NCBI RefSeq assembly: GCF_009914755.1
Contig: NC_060937.1
Direction: 5' to 3' (one strand)
DNA length: 64,000 nt
Source: the human T2T-CHM13v2.0 reference genome, Homo sapiens
How positions within the stretch are numbered: position 1 is the first letter of the stretch; the number at the start of each line of letters is the position of its first letter. Below the pieces are notes generated by a model, which saw only the letters and a program-made list of their open reading frames with translations, did not search any database and was not told the DNA's origin. Both the position numbers and the translations under genes were made by a program. Below, in pieces: positions 28,920-44,725 of this stretch.

Positions 28920-29165
28920 TTTTTAAATTTATTTTTAATCGACAAATATAAATTGTATATATTTATCGTGTACAATGTAATGTTTTGAAATATGTGTACC
29001 TTGTGGACTGGCTAAATCGAGCTAATTATGCATTATCTCACACACCATTTTTGCAATGAGAAGACTTAAAATCTACTCTCCTAGCAACTTTTAAGGATAT
29101 AATATCTTGTTATTAACTCTAGTTACCTCGTTGTACAATAGCTCTCTTGAACTCATTCTTCCTGC
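28920..29165 (-). mobile_element. L1MA-type 3' end
   Basis: 'atttttaatcgacaaatataaattgtatatatttatcgtgtacaatg...acttaaaatctactctc'. Confidence 0.8.
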
Positions 29166-29248
29166 ACAGCCAGCCCATTGTAAGCACCAAGCTGGCAGCC
29201 GGCTCCTTTGAGAGGGCTCCTGCTTGCCTTGTGTGACACTATCGGCTG

Positions 29249-29267
29249 CGGCCAGCAGGGGGCGGCT
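29249..29267 (+). promoter_or_regulatory. CTCF-like motif at the edge of a moderately CpG-rich segment (~29.2-30.5 kb)
   Basis: CGGCCAGCAGGGGGCGGCT matches the CTCF core well; motif match only. Confidence 0.55.
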
Positions 29268-32200
29268 TCTCCTTGTTTGAGAGAGAGCCTCGCTTGGGCT
29301 GCTGTGTGCTGAGATGAAACGCGCCTGACCAGGGACCCGCCCCCAGAACTGGCAAGGAAGCTCCTCTCAGCCTTTGCCTCTGCAGAGAGGGCCAGGAAGG
29401 GCTGGTGGAGAAACGAACGCCTCGCACGTCCTCGGTGCACATGCGTTTATTCATTATTCAGTACTTGGGGGGGCACTCACTGAGGGTTGGACGTAGAGCC
29501 GGGGTGAGGACGGCAGAGAGGAGTGAGACCCGTCCCTGCTCTTAAGGGGCTCCATGTTGGGTGGGGGCAGAGGTCCAGGCCATAGCGACGGGGACCCGGA
29601 GGCAGGACCGAGAGCCCAGAGAGTTGGTGGCACTGCCGTCCCTGCACTGGGTGGGCCGTGCTGGGAGAAGGTCCCGGGGATCACTCCTCCTAGGCCGCCG
29701 GGGCAGTCTCTCCAGCCACCCTCTTTCCCCAGAGCCAGCGGGCTGGGGTTCTTGGTTTAGACTCTCTTCTCTCCTGTCCTGGAGGACCAGCCATTTGACG
29801 CCCTTGTCCACTGGGAGGATGTTTTCCGTGATTCCACTTCTTCCCTTCCTCGGCCACCTAAGGCAGGCCGGCTTATGCGTGACTGTCAACCGAGGCAGGC
29901 CACAGCGCTGTGGGCAGGCGGTTTTGCACGTATCCTTAGTGACCCTGAAGGCCCAGCCTCTGCTGGCTGCCTGAGCCGAGGGTTTTACTTCTTTTCATTT
30001 AATCACTTTATTGGTCCTTGCCGGGAGGGAGCCCATGGGTCCTGGTAAAAGTGCATCTCCCTGTGGTTCTGGGGCTGATCCTCCTTCTGGAGCAGAAGAC
30101 AGAGCTCAGTGAGGACCGCCTGTGCTGCCTGCCTGGGACGCCCCAGCCGCAGGGCCGCGCAGGCGTGTTTCTTTGAGAGCCCTCCCCTGGAAGCTCCCTT
30201 TCACTCCACCCTGTTGATAAGGCCCAGGACAAAAAGCAAGCAACCGCTGGAAACACACCTGCTGGAAACACGCCTCCAGTGCCAGCCCAGGAGGCGGTGG
30301 CCCTGTCCTGACGCCCCGTCTAGCCACCGGGCCAGAGCTGGGAGCCCCATAGTGGAGTCTGTGTCCGGCAGGTGTCTCTGGACAGCTGAGGTTCTTGTAA
30401 CCAAAGAGGTTCGTTTACCTCCTTAGATCACCCAGGGACAAGTGATGTGTTTTGTGGCCTCGGATCGTTCCGTGCTGTCTCTGGTGGGTTATTTATTCAA
30501 TGTTCTAGGTTGACTTGTCTGCTTTTAAAAAAAATAAAACAAAATAAAAGGAAGAGTAGGAGAAAATAAGAAATTCCAGGGTTGTTATGAAGCCAGAAAT
30601 CTAAAAATAACTTCGGTAAAGACTCAGTTGTGGCTTCTCTTTATTTTGAAAGAGCAACAGCTAATGACCAAAACAGGCTAGCTTTGTCCTGGCCGGTGAC
30701 AGGCCACTGGACAGTGACTGCACTGTAACCAGGGGGACACGGCCTCCCGACAGACAACACTCCTGCCAGATGGGGCAGCTCGTTCAGTGAGTGACTCCTT
30801 CCGTCAGCAGGGGCAAGGGGCAGGGGCCCTAGGTCCTGCCAGCTCTGTGGCTTCCAGGGTTCCTCTGGGGGCCTCAGCTTCATCCATGTGAGCAGAGACG
30901 AACAACAGGGGAAAGGTCACCCACAGAGGATTTAAAGCAGTGGCCATAAAGACATCCACTGATCTCCAGAAAGCCAGGCACTGCGCCCTCTGCCACCATC
31001 TTCAGATCTCATAATAGTGGAGAAATATTTTGTGGCCCTTCTGGCTACCATGCACTGTGCTAATGGCTTTGTTTTTATCACTTTATTGAATTGTCACAAC
31101 TCTGTAAGACACCCCACTTTACAGCCAAGAAGACAGAGGCTCTAAGAGGTGAAGTAACTTTCGGAGCTTTGCAAAGCTAGCAAGTTGCAGAACCTGGCTC
31201 TAAACCCAGATTTAACTGTCATCCAAACCCCTGCTCTAGCCAAACCCCTGCCCTAGCCTTAACTGCTATGCTGTGCTGGTTTGGCTGTAAAACCATGATT
31301 CAGTGAAAACAAATATGAGCCTGACAGAGCAGAAAGAAAGTCCTAATGTGGAGGGTTACAAAGCCTTAGGGCAGCTCCTGAGAAAGACACAAAGCCATCT
31401 CTTATGAGCTTATTCAGTCCTCTGCAAAAAGAAAGGTCCTGGACAACGTGTTCCCTGCCAGCAACTCCACCCCCTAACAGATGTTTAATTGAACACCTAC
31501 TATATGCCAGGAACAGCGGGGTATAAGACCAAGCCCTCACTCTAATGAATTTGAGCCCTAGGAGGAGAGAAGCAGCAAGTCAACTACACGCAAGTGAGTG
31601 ATTAAAGGAGGAAGATAAATCCAGTGGGTGAGAAATGTGGTCAAAACAGGGCAACATGGAAAAGAAAGCTGACCTGGGGAGGCAGCGCTGGTGTGGGTGG
31701 TGCAGGGCAGGCAACCAGCCTGGGGAAACCGTGTGAAGCCAAATCTGCATTGATTGTTGAACACCCATTAGCAAGGAGAGCTCTCCAACCATTGGGGGGG
31801 CAGCTCCTTCCAGCCAAGGGCCCAGCTTCAGTCTCAGGTGGGAACAGGCTGGAATCTGGTGAGGAATGTGACCCCATGCGTGTTTTCAGGAGGTCACGCT
31901 GGCTGCTGGCTGTAGAATGGGCCAGAGAGGGGCAGCGAGGAAACCAAACCAATGAGCCACTGGACATCAGTGATCCAGGCAAGAAGGGATGTGGCCTGCC
32001 CCCAGGGACAGTGTGAGAGAAAATGCCCTGCACGGCTCAAGCCCCCATAGACAGAGACTTCAACTCCACTCCCGGGAAAACCTTGGGAAAGGGCCACTTC
32101 CAGCCCAAGGGGGAGACAGACACCCCGCACTGCTGCACTCTCAGCTGGGTTCTCAGGCCCTCGCTCTCCTCCTTCCCATGGTGGCTCTAACCTTGGGGGA

Positions 32201-34089
32201 CAGGGCAGTGGGGGACTGTGCTGGAGCCCCGGGGTGGCTGGGGTGACTGAGGGTGTCATCTGCCTGAGCTGGCCCTAGCCTGCTCTCCACCTGGTCTCAG
32301 CCATCCTGCTGATGCATGGCCTCCTTCTGCCTAACATCTGCATTAGCGGGAGCAAGAAGACAACATATGTAAGAACGATCTTGGAAGAGCAGCCAGCACA
32401 TACCTGCCAACTGATTCTGGTTGTAGGGGACGAAGGATGAAGGGGTGAAGGATGCCTGTGAGGTTTGGGGCCTAAATAAGCAGATGCCTGGATGGCCATT
32501 TACTGAGACAAGGAAGATGGGCGGACACTGGTTTGCAGGGAAGTCCAAGAGTTCTTTCCATCCAGGGCTGACCTCCAAGTGCAGATGTGTAGTGGGCAGC
32601 TGGAGGAAGAACCCCAGGCAGGTGCCCAGGCCTCCTGCTGTCCACCCCAGAGGCCGCCAACCCTCCTTCCTTCCCTGTCTCCTTCTCCATTCCCACCCTG
32701 AGCCCCGTCCCCACCCTCAACTCACCGTCTCTCCCACTGTGACAAGAGTTACACAAGGACTGGAGGCAGCTTTGAAACTGTTTCCTCTCATGAACTTAAT
32801 TTAAAAGTAATTAATTTTTTTAAAAGCCACTGGCTCAGTTATAGAGAGACCCACTGGATTCAGGAGAGGGTGAGCCTGGCGCCAGCCAGCTGTGTGGCAA
32901 GGCATCTTCTCCCTGGCGCTCCCATCTGGTGCCTCCAGCCTTAACGAAGTGGCAGTGATGCCAGATGGTGTTAATTCACACACTTACAGTGGATCAGGCC
33001 CTCCACTCCATGCATGTTATCTTATCCTCCCAGCGACCCTGGGGGGTAAGTAAATACTGTTATCCCCATTTTTCAGATGAGATAACTGAGGCTTGGAGGT
33101 TTTCATGAAAAACTAACCCAAGATCTTACAGATAACAAGTGATAGAGATGAGACTACAATCCACGTCTGTTGCCTCTGGCACCCTGTGCTCCAACCTCAC
33201 AATCCACAGCAAGCCTGTCCTCTCCACTCTGATCTGGGCACCTCAGGCCTACAGAGCAGCCACACACAGGGTGGTGGCTGATGTCTGCTCCCAGGTCTGC
33301 ACTTCTCAGCTGAGGAAACTCCACCACTGCCACCAGCACACAGAGAAACCAGAGCTCCATCCACAAGCACAGCTGTGTGTCCTCGCCGGCTGCTCCTGGC
33401 CCTCTCTCTCATCTCAACTCGTCCATGGTTCCAGGAGGTGAGGAGAAGCTGGCAAGGCAGGGACAGAGCCCAAGAGTGCCTTGGGTGCGTCTCAGACACC
33501 TTTCCTCAAAACAGTCTGGTCCCAGAACCCAAGCAGGACACAACGTGAGGACTGTGGGTGGGGAGGGGAAGCAGAGACCCTGGCTGGAATTCACGATCTG
33601 GCTCTGGCTCTGCCAGCTGATGACCTCAGGCAGAGCATGTGCCCTCTGTGAGTCTCAGGCTTCCCCATCTGTATAATGGGAGCATATTTCTTGGCAGCAT
33701 TATTGTGAGATTAGTGATAAAGAATGTTTGCACCACGACAGGCAGATCGCAGGTCCTCAAGATGGAGGCTATGGTTGGAAGAGTGGATTCTGGATTCGGA
33801 CTTGGATCCTGATTTCAGGAGTCTCCTGCACTCTTTAAACTTGGTTTGCTCAAATGTGGAATGAGGATAATAACAGCACCTACCTCATGGGGTTGGTGTG
33901 AGGCTGAAATAAAATGCTGCCTGTGGACAGCCTAGCACAGAGCCGGGAAATAAGCTTCAGCTGTTATCATCTTAAAAATTTTTTAAAAAGTACTGAAGAT
34001 CCTAGAAGCAGTGACATCCCAATAGCAATAAACACACTAACACACATGTTTTGTTTTCTAAATACATTCCCCACCACATGATGTCAGGG

Positions 34090-34975
<886 letters not shown>

Positions 34976-35330
34976 AAGTCTGTGTGAATGTGGGGGGAGT
35001 ACTGGAGGGAGGTGAGACTTGGGGTGTGTTGGCCTGGGCTCGCCCTGACCTCTGTCCCAAGCACAGCCAGCTTGAAGCTTGGTGCTCTAGGAGTGACTTG
35101 AGAACTTCAGGGAGACAAGAATTTCCGAGTCAAGAGAGGCCAAGTGTGGCATCTTCCTACTGGAGGAAATCTGTGACATTCCCAAACACAGTTTCTTAGG
35201 AGCAGGGGAACTCACAGGACTACAGAACAGTGGCAGGCGAGGGCGGAAGTGCATGGGCTGGGCAGATAAGCCCGCGGCTGATGGCCCACACTCCTGCAGA
35301 GCTGCTCATGTTATTCAAAGGGGCATGGGC

Positions 35331-36265
35331 TCTAGATCCTTGAGGAATCGCCACACCATCTTCCACAATGGTTGAACTAATTTACACTCCCATCAACAGT
35401 GTAAAAGCGTTCCTATTTCTCCAGAGCCTTGCCAGCACCCATTGTTTCCTGACTTTTTAATAATTGCCATTCTGACTGGAGCGAGATGGTATCTCATTGT
35501 GGTTTTGATTTGCATTTCTCTAATGACCAGTGATGATGAGCTTTTTTTCATATGTTTATTGGCTGCATAAATGTCTTCTTTTGAGAAGTGTCTGTTCATA
35601 GCCTTTGCCCACTTTTTGATGGGGTTGTTTGTTTTTTTCTTGTAAATGTGTTTAAGTTCCTTGTAGATTCTGGATACCAGACTTTTGTCAGATGGGTGGA
35701 CTGCAAAAATTTTCTCCCATTCTGTAGGTTGCCTGTTCACTCTGATGGCATACCCAAAGGATGATAAATCACTCTACTATAAAGACACATGCACGTGTAT
35801 GTTTATTGAAGCACTATTTACAATAGCAAAGACTTGGAACCCACCCAAATGCCCATCAACGATAGACTGGATAAAGAAAATGTGGCACATATGGAATACT
35901 ATTCAGCCATAAAAAAGAATGAGATAATGTCCTTTGCAGGGACATGGAGAAGCTGGAAGCCATCATTCTCAGCAAACTAACACAGGAACAGAAAACCAAA
36001 CACCGTATGTTCTCACTCATAAGTGGGAGTTGAACAATCAGAACACATGGACACAGGGAGGGGAACATCACACACTAGGGCCTATCGGGGGGTGGGGGGC
36101 AAGGGGAGGGAAAGCATTAGGACAAATACCTAATGCGTGCAGGACTCAAAACCTAGATGAGGGGTTGAAAGGTGCAGCAAACCACCAGGGCACATGTATA
36201 CCTATGTAACAAACCTGCACATTTTGCACATGTATCCCAGAACTTAAAATAAAAGAAAAAAAAAA
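35331..36265 (+). mobile_element. 5'-truncated, 5'-inverted L1PA (about L1PA7/8)
   Basis: 35331-35748 is antisense L1 ORF2 (ORF 35393-35740 reads '[11 protein letters not shown]...[15 protein letters not shown]'); 35750-36265 is the sense ORF2 end, 3'UTR and poly(A). Confidence 0.95.
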
Positions 36266-36562
36266 CAAATACAATGTACAATACACTGTTGCTAACTCTT
36301 AAAAAAGTGGGGGCAGCATGGGCACTCTCTCTTCTCTTTCCTCCTCTCAGAGACTCTCTTCCACCCTCTGAGGTGGTGAATGGTGTTGGTCCATCGCTCA
36401 ATTCCGCTGCTTCTGCCGAATCTTCTCAGTGCTGCTTGATGTCCGGCCGCTCTCCCTCTCAACTGTGGCCCTTGGGTTTCATGTCATACCTGGGTCCCCG
36501 TCCTCCTCTAGGCTGAGAGGGTCTCCTTTGTTAACTATCCTTACTCATTCTGCTCTGCGAAT

Positions 36563-36690
36563 CTTTTTTATTGATACACAATAAGTGCATGTATTTATGG
36601 GGTACGTGTGCTGTTTTGATGGATGCCTAGACTGTGTGATGATCATGTCGGGGTGTTTAGGGTATCTGTCACCTCCAGTGTTTATCTCCA
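36563..36690 (-). mobile_element. L1MA-type 3' end fragment
   Basis: 'ttttttattgatacacaataagtgcatgtatttatggggtacgtgtg'. Confidence 0.7.
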
Positions 36691-36749
36691 AACCTTGACA
36701 CCCCCAGGACCCAGCCTGGGGGTGCCTTCCTCTCCCTCCACACACTTTC

Positions 36750-37945
<1,196 letters not shown>

Positions 37946-38671
37946 AATATTTGATTGTCTCAAGAAATTGATCTGAAAAAAATCTTGGAGTCATAAAGCA
38001 TTGAGAACTGAAAGGAAACCCACAGAACAGCCAGTCAGACCCCCTCATTTTCACCTGAAGAGACTGAGAACCAGAGAGGGAAGGTGTTTTGCCTGAGTAA
38101 GGTGTTCTGCACCTTGTCATTGCTAGACCGAGATGGTCTTTTCCTTTGGTCTGCATAGTCAGATGTGTAGATAAATTACCGGACATGTGTGGGGGGAACG
38201 GAAAGGGGGGGCTCCATGTGTTCCAAACACCTGAACATCTCACAGTTCTGGAGGCACTCGGATTTATGAATAAGAGCACAGGTACAGTGGAATGTCACGT
38301 TTCCTATTTTTATTAGCATCCCCATTTGCCCGCAGCCTGATTTCTCTGACCTGGCCTGATTTCTTTCACACCCTGGCTTTTAGAGGGTGGCTCGCAGGTC
38401 AGATGATTCACTTGCTCAAACATGAAATCTTCTGCCAAGCTCAGAGGACATCTCGAGGGCAGATGCTCCTTTTGATCATCGTTTTATACTCTCTCAGCCT
38501 CATCAGGGTTATTAAGCCATTTGGTATCCCAGGCAACCTGGAAGCAGCTCCTGGACATTTTAGTCCAGAAAAGACAGTTCTGAGAGAAGGAAAGAACAGC
38601 TCTCACGAGGGGCTGCCAGGAGATCTCTACATATGATAGGAAAGGCTCAGGAGGATGGTACCAGCTATGCA

Positions 38672-38975
38672 TTTTTTTTTCTTTTTTAGAGACAGGGTGT
38701 TGCTCTGTCACCCAGGCTGGAGTGCCATGGCTCAATTATAGCTCACAGCAGCCTCAACCTCCTGGGCTCAAGCAGTCCTCCTGCCTTAGTCTCCCAGGTA
38801 GCTAGGACTGCAGGTGCACACTACCACGCCCAGCTAATCTTTAAAAATTTTTTGTAGAGACAGGGTCTCACTATGTTGCCCAGGCTGGTCTTGAACTTCC
38901 AGCTTCAAGTGATCCTCCTGCCTCAGCCTCCCAAAGTACTGAGATTACAAGCATGAGCCACCAACACCCAGCCCC
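38672..38975 (-). mobile_element. AluJ
   Basis: Antisense Alu with J-type 'gctcacagcagcctcaacctcctgggctcaag'. Confidence 0.93.
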
Positions 38976-40439
38976 AGATCCTTTTTTTCTAACCATGAAA
39001 ATAGCTTCCTGTGGTCTAAAACCCCAGCTGAGTATTCTGCTGGGGAATCCACAAGTTTCTCCATCAGTCCAGACACAGGTTAAGCTTAATGAAAACACAC
39101 AGCCAAAGAGCCGTGAGGTCACAGTCGGTGATTTCCTGAAATATTCAGAGAATGCTCCAACCCTCAACTCTGTCCCAGAGGGCATCATCCAACCCCACCG
39201 CCCTTGACAGGGAGCCACAAAAGTGCTACCAGTCCAGCCTGCTTGCCAAGCCCCGTCACAGCTGCCTCTTCCTGCAGGCTTTCTTTGAAACCTTGCTCTG
39301 GAATTCAGCTTCAGGATTCCTGCAAGTCCCTAGATCAGGAATATCAGATGTTGTGATTTTATAGGGCCTCCATTCAAAAACCACAGGGCCATTTCCATGG
39401 GTGTCTTGTTTGGCACATGAAAAGAAACAGAAGAAGCTGCCAAGCATGTGTCTCCATGAGTCATTAAGCCCTTTTCTCTGCTTCTGCCGGAGGTGTGCAC
39501 ACATGCAGAGGGAAAAGGAAAAGCATGCTCTGAACCTCCAGGGCAAGCAGAGCCTCTTATAAACAGACACATCCTTCAGACCAGACAGCGGCCGGGGAAG
39601 TGTGCAGTGGGCGGGGGAAGGTGGCTGGAGCAGAGCTTGGCGGGGCGCGTCCTCCACAGGGGGGTGTCCACATGTGGCCTGGCAGACCAGCTTGTACACA
39701 GACCCAGCAAGGCTTCTCAAGGGGCCTGCATTCCCCAAGCCACGTCCCTGAGATTGGGTGTCCCTCCTGCCCCGGCTCCATCTGATGTTTTGCAGGGCCT
39801 GGAATGGCCTCCCTGGCTTACTTCTCAGGGTCTCTAAGGATGTGTGAGGTGCCCTCAGGAGCACCCCAAGCTGCCCACTGGGACTCCTCCCACTCCTGTG
39901 CTCCTGCTGTTGCTGGTGTTCCTGAGGCTGTGAGCTCCTGGCAAGCAGTGGCTGCTGTCCTGAGGCTACTCCAAGGGAGTGTCAGGGGCACTGGGGCCCT
40001 CCTTGGATCTGGAAAGGGCACCCCATTTTCACCGGAAGCTTGGGCCCCGCTGATGCATCAAAGTCTTCAGATCCTGAGCCAATGCCAGAAGCACCTGACA
40101 CCCCTCCCCTTTCTTCTGCCTGGTTTGCTTATCTAGACCTCCACCATCACCCCCAGCCACCTGACCCCAGACTCAATCTTAGGGTGTGTGAACTGTGGGA
40201 AAGGCAGGGACAGAGAAGAAATGTGGCCAGGGAACTGATGGCCACAGACACTCTTCCTATGGGGTGCAGGGTGGGGAGAGACCGCGTTCTTCCTTTAAGG
40301 GAAGCAATTGCCCAGAAGGAACTTCAGACCCTTTGGGCAGCTCTCCTGACAGCTAAATCCTAAGCCGAGCGCTGGTTCATTTTCAGCTGAGACAAAGTAT
40401 TAGGAAACTTTGGCTTCAACTATGAGTCACTGAAAAAAT

Positions 40440-40825
40440 CAAAACAAAATAGCAGTGGCTTAAACAAGATGGAAGTCTTTGTCTCTCTAATATTCCCTCA
40501 AAGGCTGGAGTTGGTCAGTACATCCCAGGCAGTTATGGAGACTGCAGAGCCAGGGACCCAGGCTGCTTCCATCCAGCAGATCTTCTGTGTCTTCTGTTCC
40601 TGAGGTCTCCTAGGGTATCTACACCCTATTCCTGCAAGTAGGAAAGAGAAAGGAAATAAAAGGGCACAGCCCCTCTTCTTAAACTTCCACTTCCTGGAAG
40701 TTGTAGCCACCACTTCTGCTTACATTCCATTGGCCACAATTCTGTCACATGGCCATGCCTAGCTGAAAGGGAGTCTGGACAATGTAGTCTTTAATACAGG
40801 CAGACTGTCTTGTGCCCAGCAAAAA
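40440..40825 (-). mobile_element. MLT1J-like LTR
   Basis: 'agcagtggcttaaacaagatggaagt' and 'cacttctgcttacattccattggcca...gtcacatggccatgcctagctg'. Confidence 0.65.
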
Positions 40826-41659
40826 ACTGAGGTAAGTTCTAAAAGGAGGGGAGAATGCATAGAAGTCTGTGCCACAGACCTCCACCACCCCCCGTGCCAT
40901 ATACATGTGTATTAGTGTCCCAGACAAGGTGCAAGACCCTAAGTGGATATCCACTTTGGAGTCCCTAATTACCGGGGTGGACCCCTCCCAGTCTATTTTG
41001 ATGAAGACCTTATCACCTCCACACCCATCTGCAGAACCAGACAGTGTCTCAAAAAGTGCAGGCTGGAGCTGCTTGTTAAAAATGCAGGCTCCCACACTCA
41101 CTGGATTCACATCTCTGGGGGCAAGCCCTGAGAATCTGAAATTCATGCACACTTTCTAGGTCATTCTTATACACGCAGAAATTTCATGTCCACTATTTAG
41201 TCTATTTCAGAGAAATTAGGGGAAGAACACTTCTACACTGCTAGACCTAAGGATAGTAGAACTAACAGTAATTGCTGAGTTGGAAGGAGAAGGTGTTCAG
41301 GAGATTGTTGGTTGTGACATCTGGGAGTGCCACTCACAAGTTGTCTAGCACAGCATTGGGGAACTGGTCCAAGATTTTCAAGACAAGATCTGCTGTCTTC
41401 TGGTAATCAAATAAAAATCAGTGGTCATTGGAAGAGAAAGTAGCCTTCTCCACTGCAGCAGGGAAGGGAAGTGAGGAGACCACCATGAGTGAAGAGCTGA
41501 CCACCCCCAAGAAAGCCAGAGAGCTGCTGGTGCCCTCTGAGAAAAGGAAGAAGAGGAAGAAGAAAAGAAGGTGAAATGAAGGTCGAGCACCAAGCTCTTC
41601 GCCAGACTGAGGTTTAGGAAGCAAAGACTCACCATCCATGTAAGTTGATTCCCAGCGGG

Positions 41660-42280
41660 GACAGAACTACCATTTGGGGAAGGAGACATTTCTAGAAGCC
41701 ATAATGCAGGAATGTCACCAGGGACACTAGACGTCCTGAAACGTGAGGGACCACCCACACAATGAAGAGTTTTCTCGAGTCCTTGGGATATTGATGTTTA
41801 CAATCATCTAAGCTTAGAAACAAACTGCATTTTACATAAAAACACGAAGCATTTTTGAACTGTTTAAATATAAACTGAAATTTTCAGAAGTGCAACTACC
41901 AAGTTTATTTCAGAACCCTCCCAAGAGCTGTTCACAATTTCAGAAATACATGTCAACAGCGGCTCCGCTCATGGCATCCGACTTGTGATTGGAAAAGTTC
42001 AGTCTGCATTTGTGGTCCCATTCATAGTGACTTTACACGTATGTCCAAGCTTCTGAGCTCCTTGTTAGGTTGTCTGGTTAGACATGCCTGAGCCTTTATA
42101 TTTTTTTAAGTGGAATGTATTATTATCAATTCCTTTCCTTATAGTTTCTATTTATATTAATGTTAGAGTAATATAAGGATTTTTTAAAAATCTATTTCAG
42201 GAAAATAAAGGAAAGTTACAAATGACAAAAAGTATTTGTCATTACGGGGGCCGTGGGGGGTCTGGGGAGAACCTCTGCCC
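41660..42280. mobile_element. hAT-Charlie remnant (Charlie5/MER3/MER33-like)
   Basis: 'acgtcctgaaacgtgagggaccacccacacaatgaagag' and 'cattttacataaaaacacgaagcattttt'. Confidence 0.45.
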
Positions 42281-42904
42281 AGATGTGGCCCGAGGTTTTC
42301 CTTGGTATGAATGAGGCTGCTCATGACCCCTAGAGACTCTGTTGCAGCCACAGCTGATCTGGTTTACGAAGGCTTGTGCCCACCCAGCTGGCTGCCTTCA
42401 GTTTACTCTGGAGTTGTTGGCATGGACCCAGCTCTCAAAACATCCCCCCGATCAGCATCCATTGTGCAATTTATCTCAATGTGGCTATAGACTCAAGCGA
42501 GAACAGGTAGATCGCAGGGAACAAGCTTGGTCTATGCAGCAGCAGAAGGATATGGATTTGAGCGGCCCCCTGGCAGAGGCTGTTTCCGACTCAGGCCTCC
42601 AGTTGTCCCCTAGGCCTCTCTCAAGAGGATTCTCGTCAATTTGACACAGTCATTTTGTTACCAGGGACATTCCGACACACTCGCTTTACTCTTGTTTTGA
42701 CCCGAGGACATTTTGATATGAACAGAAACCATCAAGCTTTCAACTGTGTTTATCACCAAGTAAGGAATGAAACAGACACTCACCCACACCTGGGCCTCAC
42801 TGTGTCTCATATCATGCTGAACCCCTACCCTCTGGGAACTGGAATGCTTTAAGGCTCAGGAAAGGCTGCTGTACCAATTTATTTGCAGTAGAAGTCTGTT
42901 TTTA

Positions 42905-43271
<367 letters not shown>

Positions 43272-43504
43272 TCAAAATGATCTCACCAAAGTTTCCAGAA
43301 TCTCTCATTTCACCCCAACACCAGAGGAGAGGAAACAGGGCTAAGAAATGAAAGACCCCAGAAAGAAGTGTCCACTTGGCTGATGCCAGCTGAGCAGGAA
43401 ATACACGGAAGGCTCGGCAGGGTGACAGGCAGATGGGCTGCTCTTACCACCTGCCCCTGCCTCACGGTGGAGAAGGTCAAGGAGCTAGATGCGACCCTCT
43501 AGCT

Positions 43505-43685
43505 CAGTGGTTCTCAACCCGGGCCTCACATTGGCATCACCTAGGAAGCTTTAGAAAAGTACAGATACCTGAGTCCCACCCCAGAAATTCTGCTGTCATC
43601 AGTCTGGGGCGTAGCTGAACATGGGTCTTTTTAAAATCCCCCCTACATGATTTCAGTGTGCAGCCCCCATCAGGAGCCTCTGCTA
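43505..43685. mobile_element. MER5A/B
   Basis: 'cagtggttctcaacc...ttggcatcacctaggaagctttagaaaa...catgatttcagtgtgcagcc'. Confidence 0.75.
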
Positions 43686-44271
43686 GAGCTGCCATCACAG
43701 CCTCTCCAGCACGCCTTTATTCTGGCATTTTCTATTTCTTCTTACTCCAGGGAGAAGGCTTTGGTGATTAATTCCCAAGCAAAACCGTTCATTACTCCTT
43801 AATAAGATGAATTTCTATCACCAACAATAAGTCAGCCTGTCTCTGCCTCCCTTCTGCTCTTGAGAAATCTCTGTGTGTCACCCTCTTTCTTCTCTTCAAA
43901 CTCGTTTATACAGCCATCCTGGCCATCATAAGGTTGTTGTTTTGTTTTGGGTTACTTTTAGGGGGTGGCATGGGGAGGGGGTCATTGGGGAGGCGGCTAA
44001 TGGCCAATACATCAAATTTAACCCAAGCAGATGTTGCAGAACTGGGAGGTTTGAGGCACTTGAGGAAGTCTTTCTAGGGCCTGGCTCTGAGCAGGACTCC
44101 CCTAGAGGGCCCTGGGGAGCCTTGGGCTGGCACTTGTGTTTGCAAAGTCCAAGGAAGAAACCACCTCTCATGCCTTTCCCTTAGGGGTTGTGTGACATCC
44201 ATCCAGCTGTAAGTCAAAGTTACTTCCCCTTTGTTTTATGTTCCATCTTGATTTTAAACTATTATTACATC

Positions 44272-44725
44272 TGTTAGAGAGTACACTGTGCCTCCCAAAA
44301 TGGATATGTTGAAGTCCTAATCCCCGCTACCTCTGAGTGTGACCTTATCTGGAAATAGGGTCATTGCAGATATGACGAGTTAAATTAAAATATGGTCATA
44401 CTGGAGTAGGGTGGGCTTTTAGTCCAGGGCAACTCATGTCCTGATAAAAAGATGGCCTTGTGAAAACACACACATGAAAATGCCTTGTGAAGATGGGGGG
44501 TTGGAGTTGCCCAGCTGTGAGCCAAGAAACCCCAGAGATTGCCAGACACTCCAGCAGCCAAGAGAGGGGCAGCAAACAGATTCTCCCCCAGAGCCCTCAA
44601 GAGAGCACAGCCCTGCAAACCCCTTGATTTGGTACTTTCAGCCCCAGAACTGTGAGATAATAAATTTCTGTTGTTTTAAGCCACCCAGTTATAGTTTGGG
44701 TACTTTGTTACAGGAAATACAACAC
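44272..44725 (+). mobile_element. MLT1B/C LTR
   Basis: 'gatatgttgaagtcctaatcccc...gtgtgaccttatctggaaatagggtcattgcagat' through 'aaatttctgttgttttaagccacccagt'. Confidence 0.85.

Noticed and set aside
31224-31258. 17-bp tandem duplication aaacccctgc(t/c)ctagcc
   Set aside because: Ordinary slippage duplication in a MIR flank.
35393-35740. ORF with strong protein similarity
   Set aside because: It is a fragment of L1 ORF2p within a truncated L1, not a host gene.
39256-39864. 202-aa minus-strand ORF
   Set aside because: No recognisable domain or exon structure; many overlapping ORFs on both strands point to chance.
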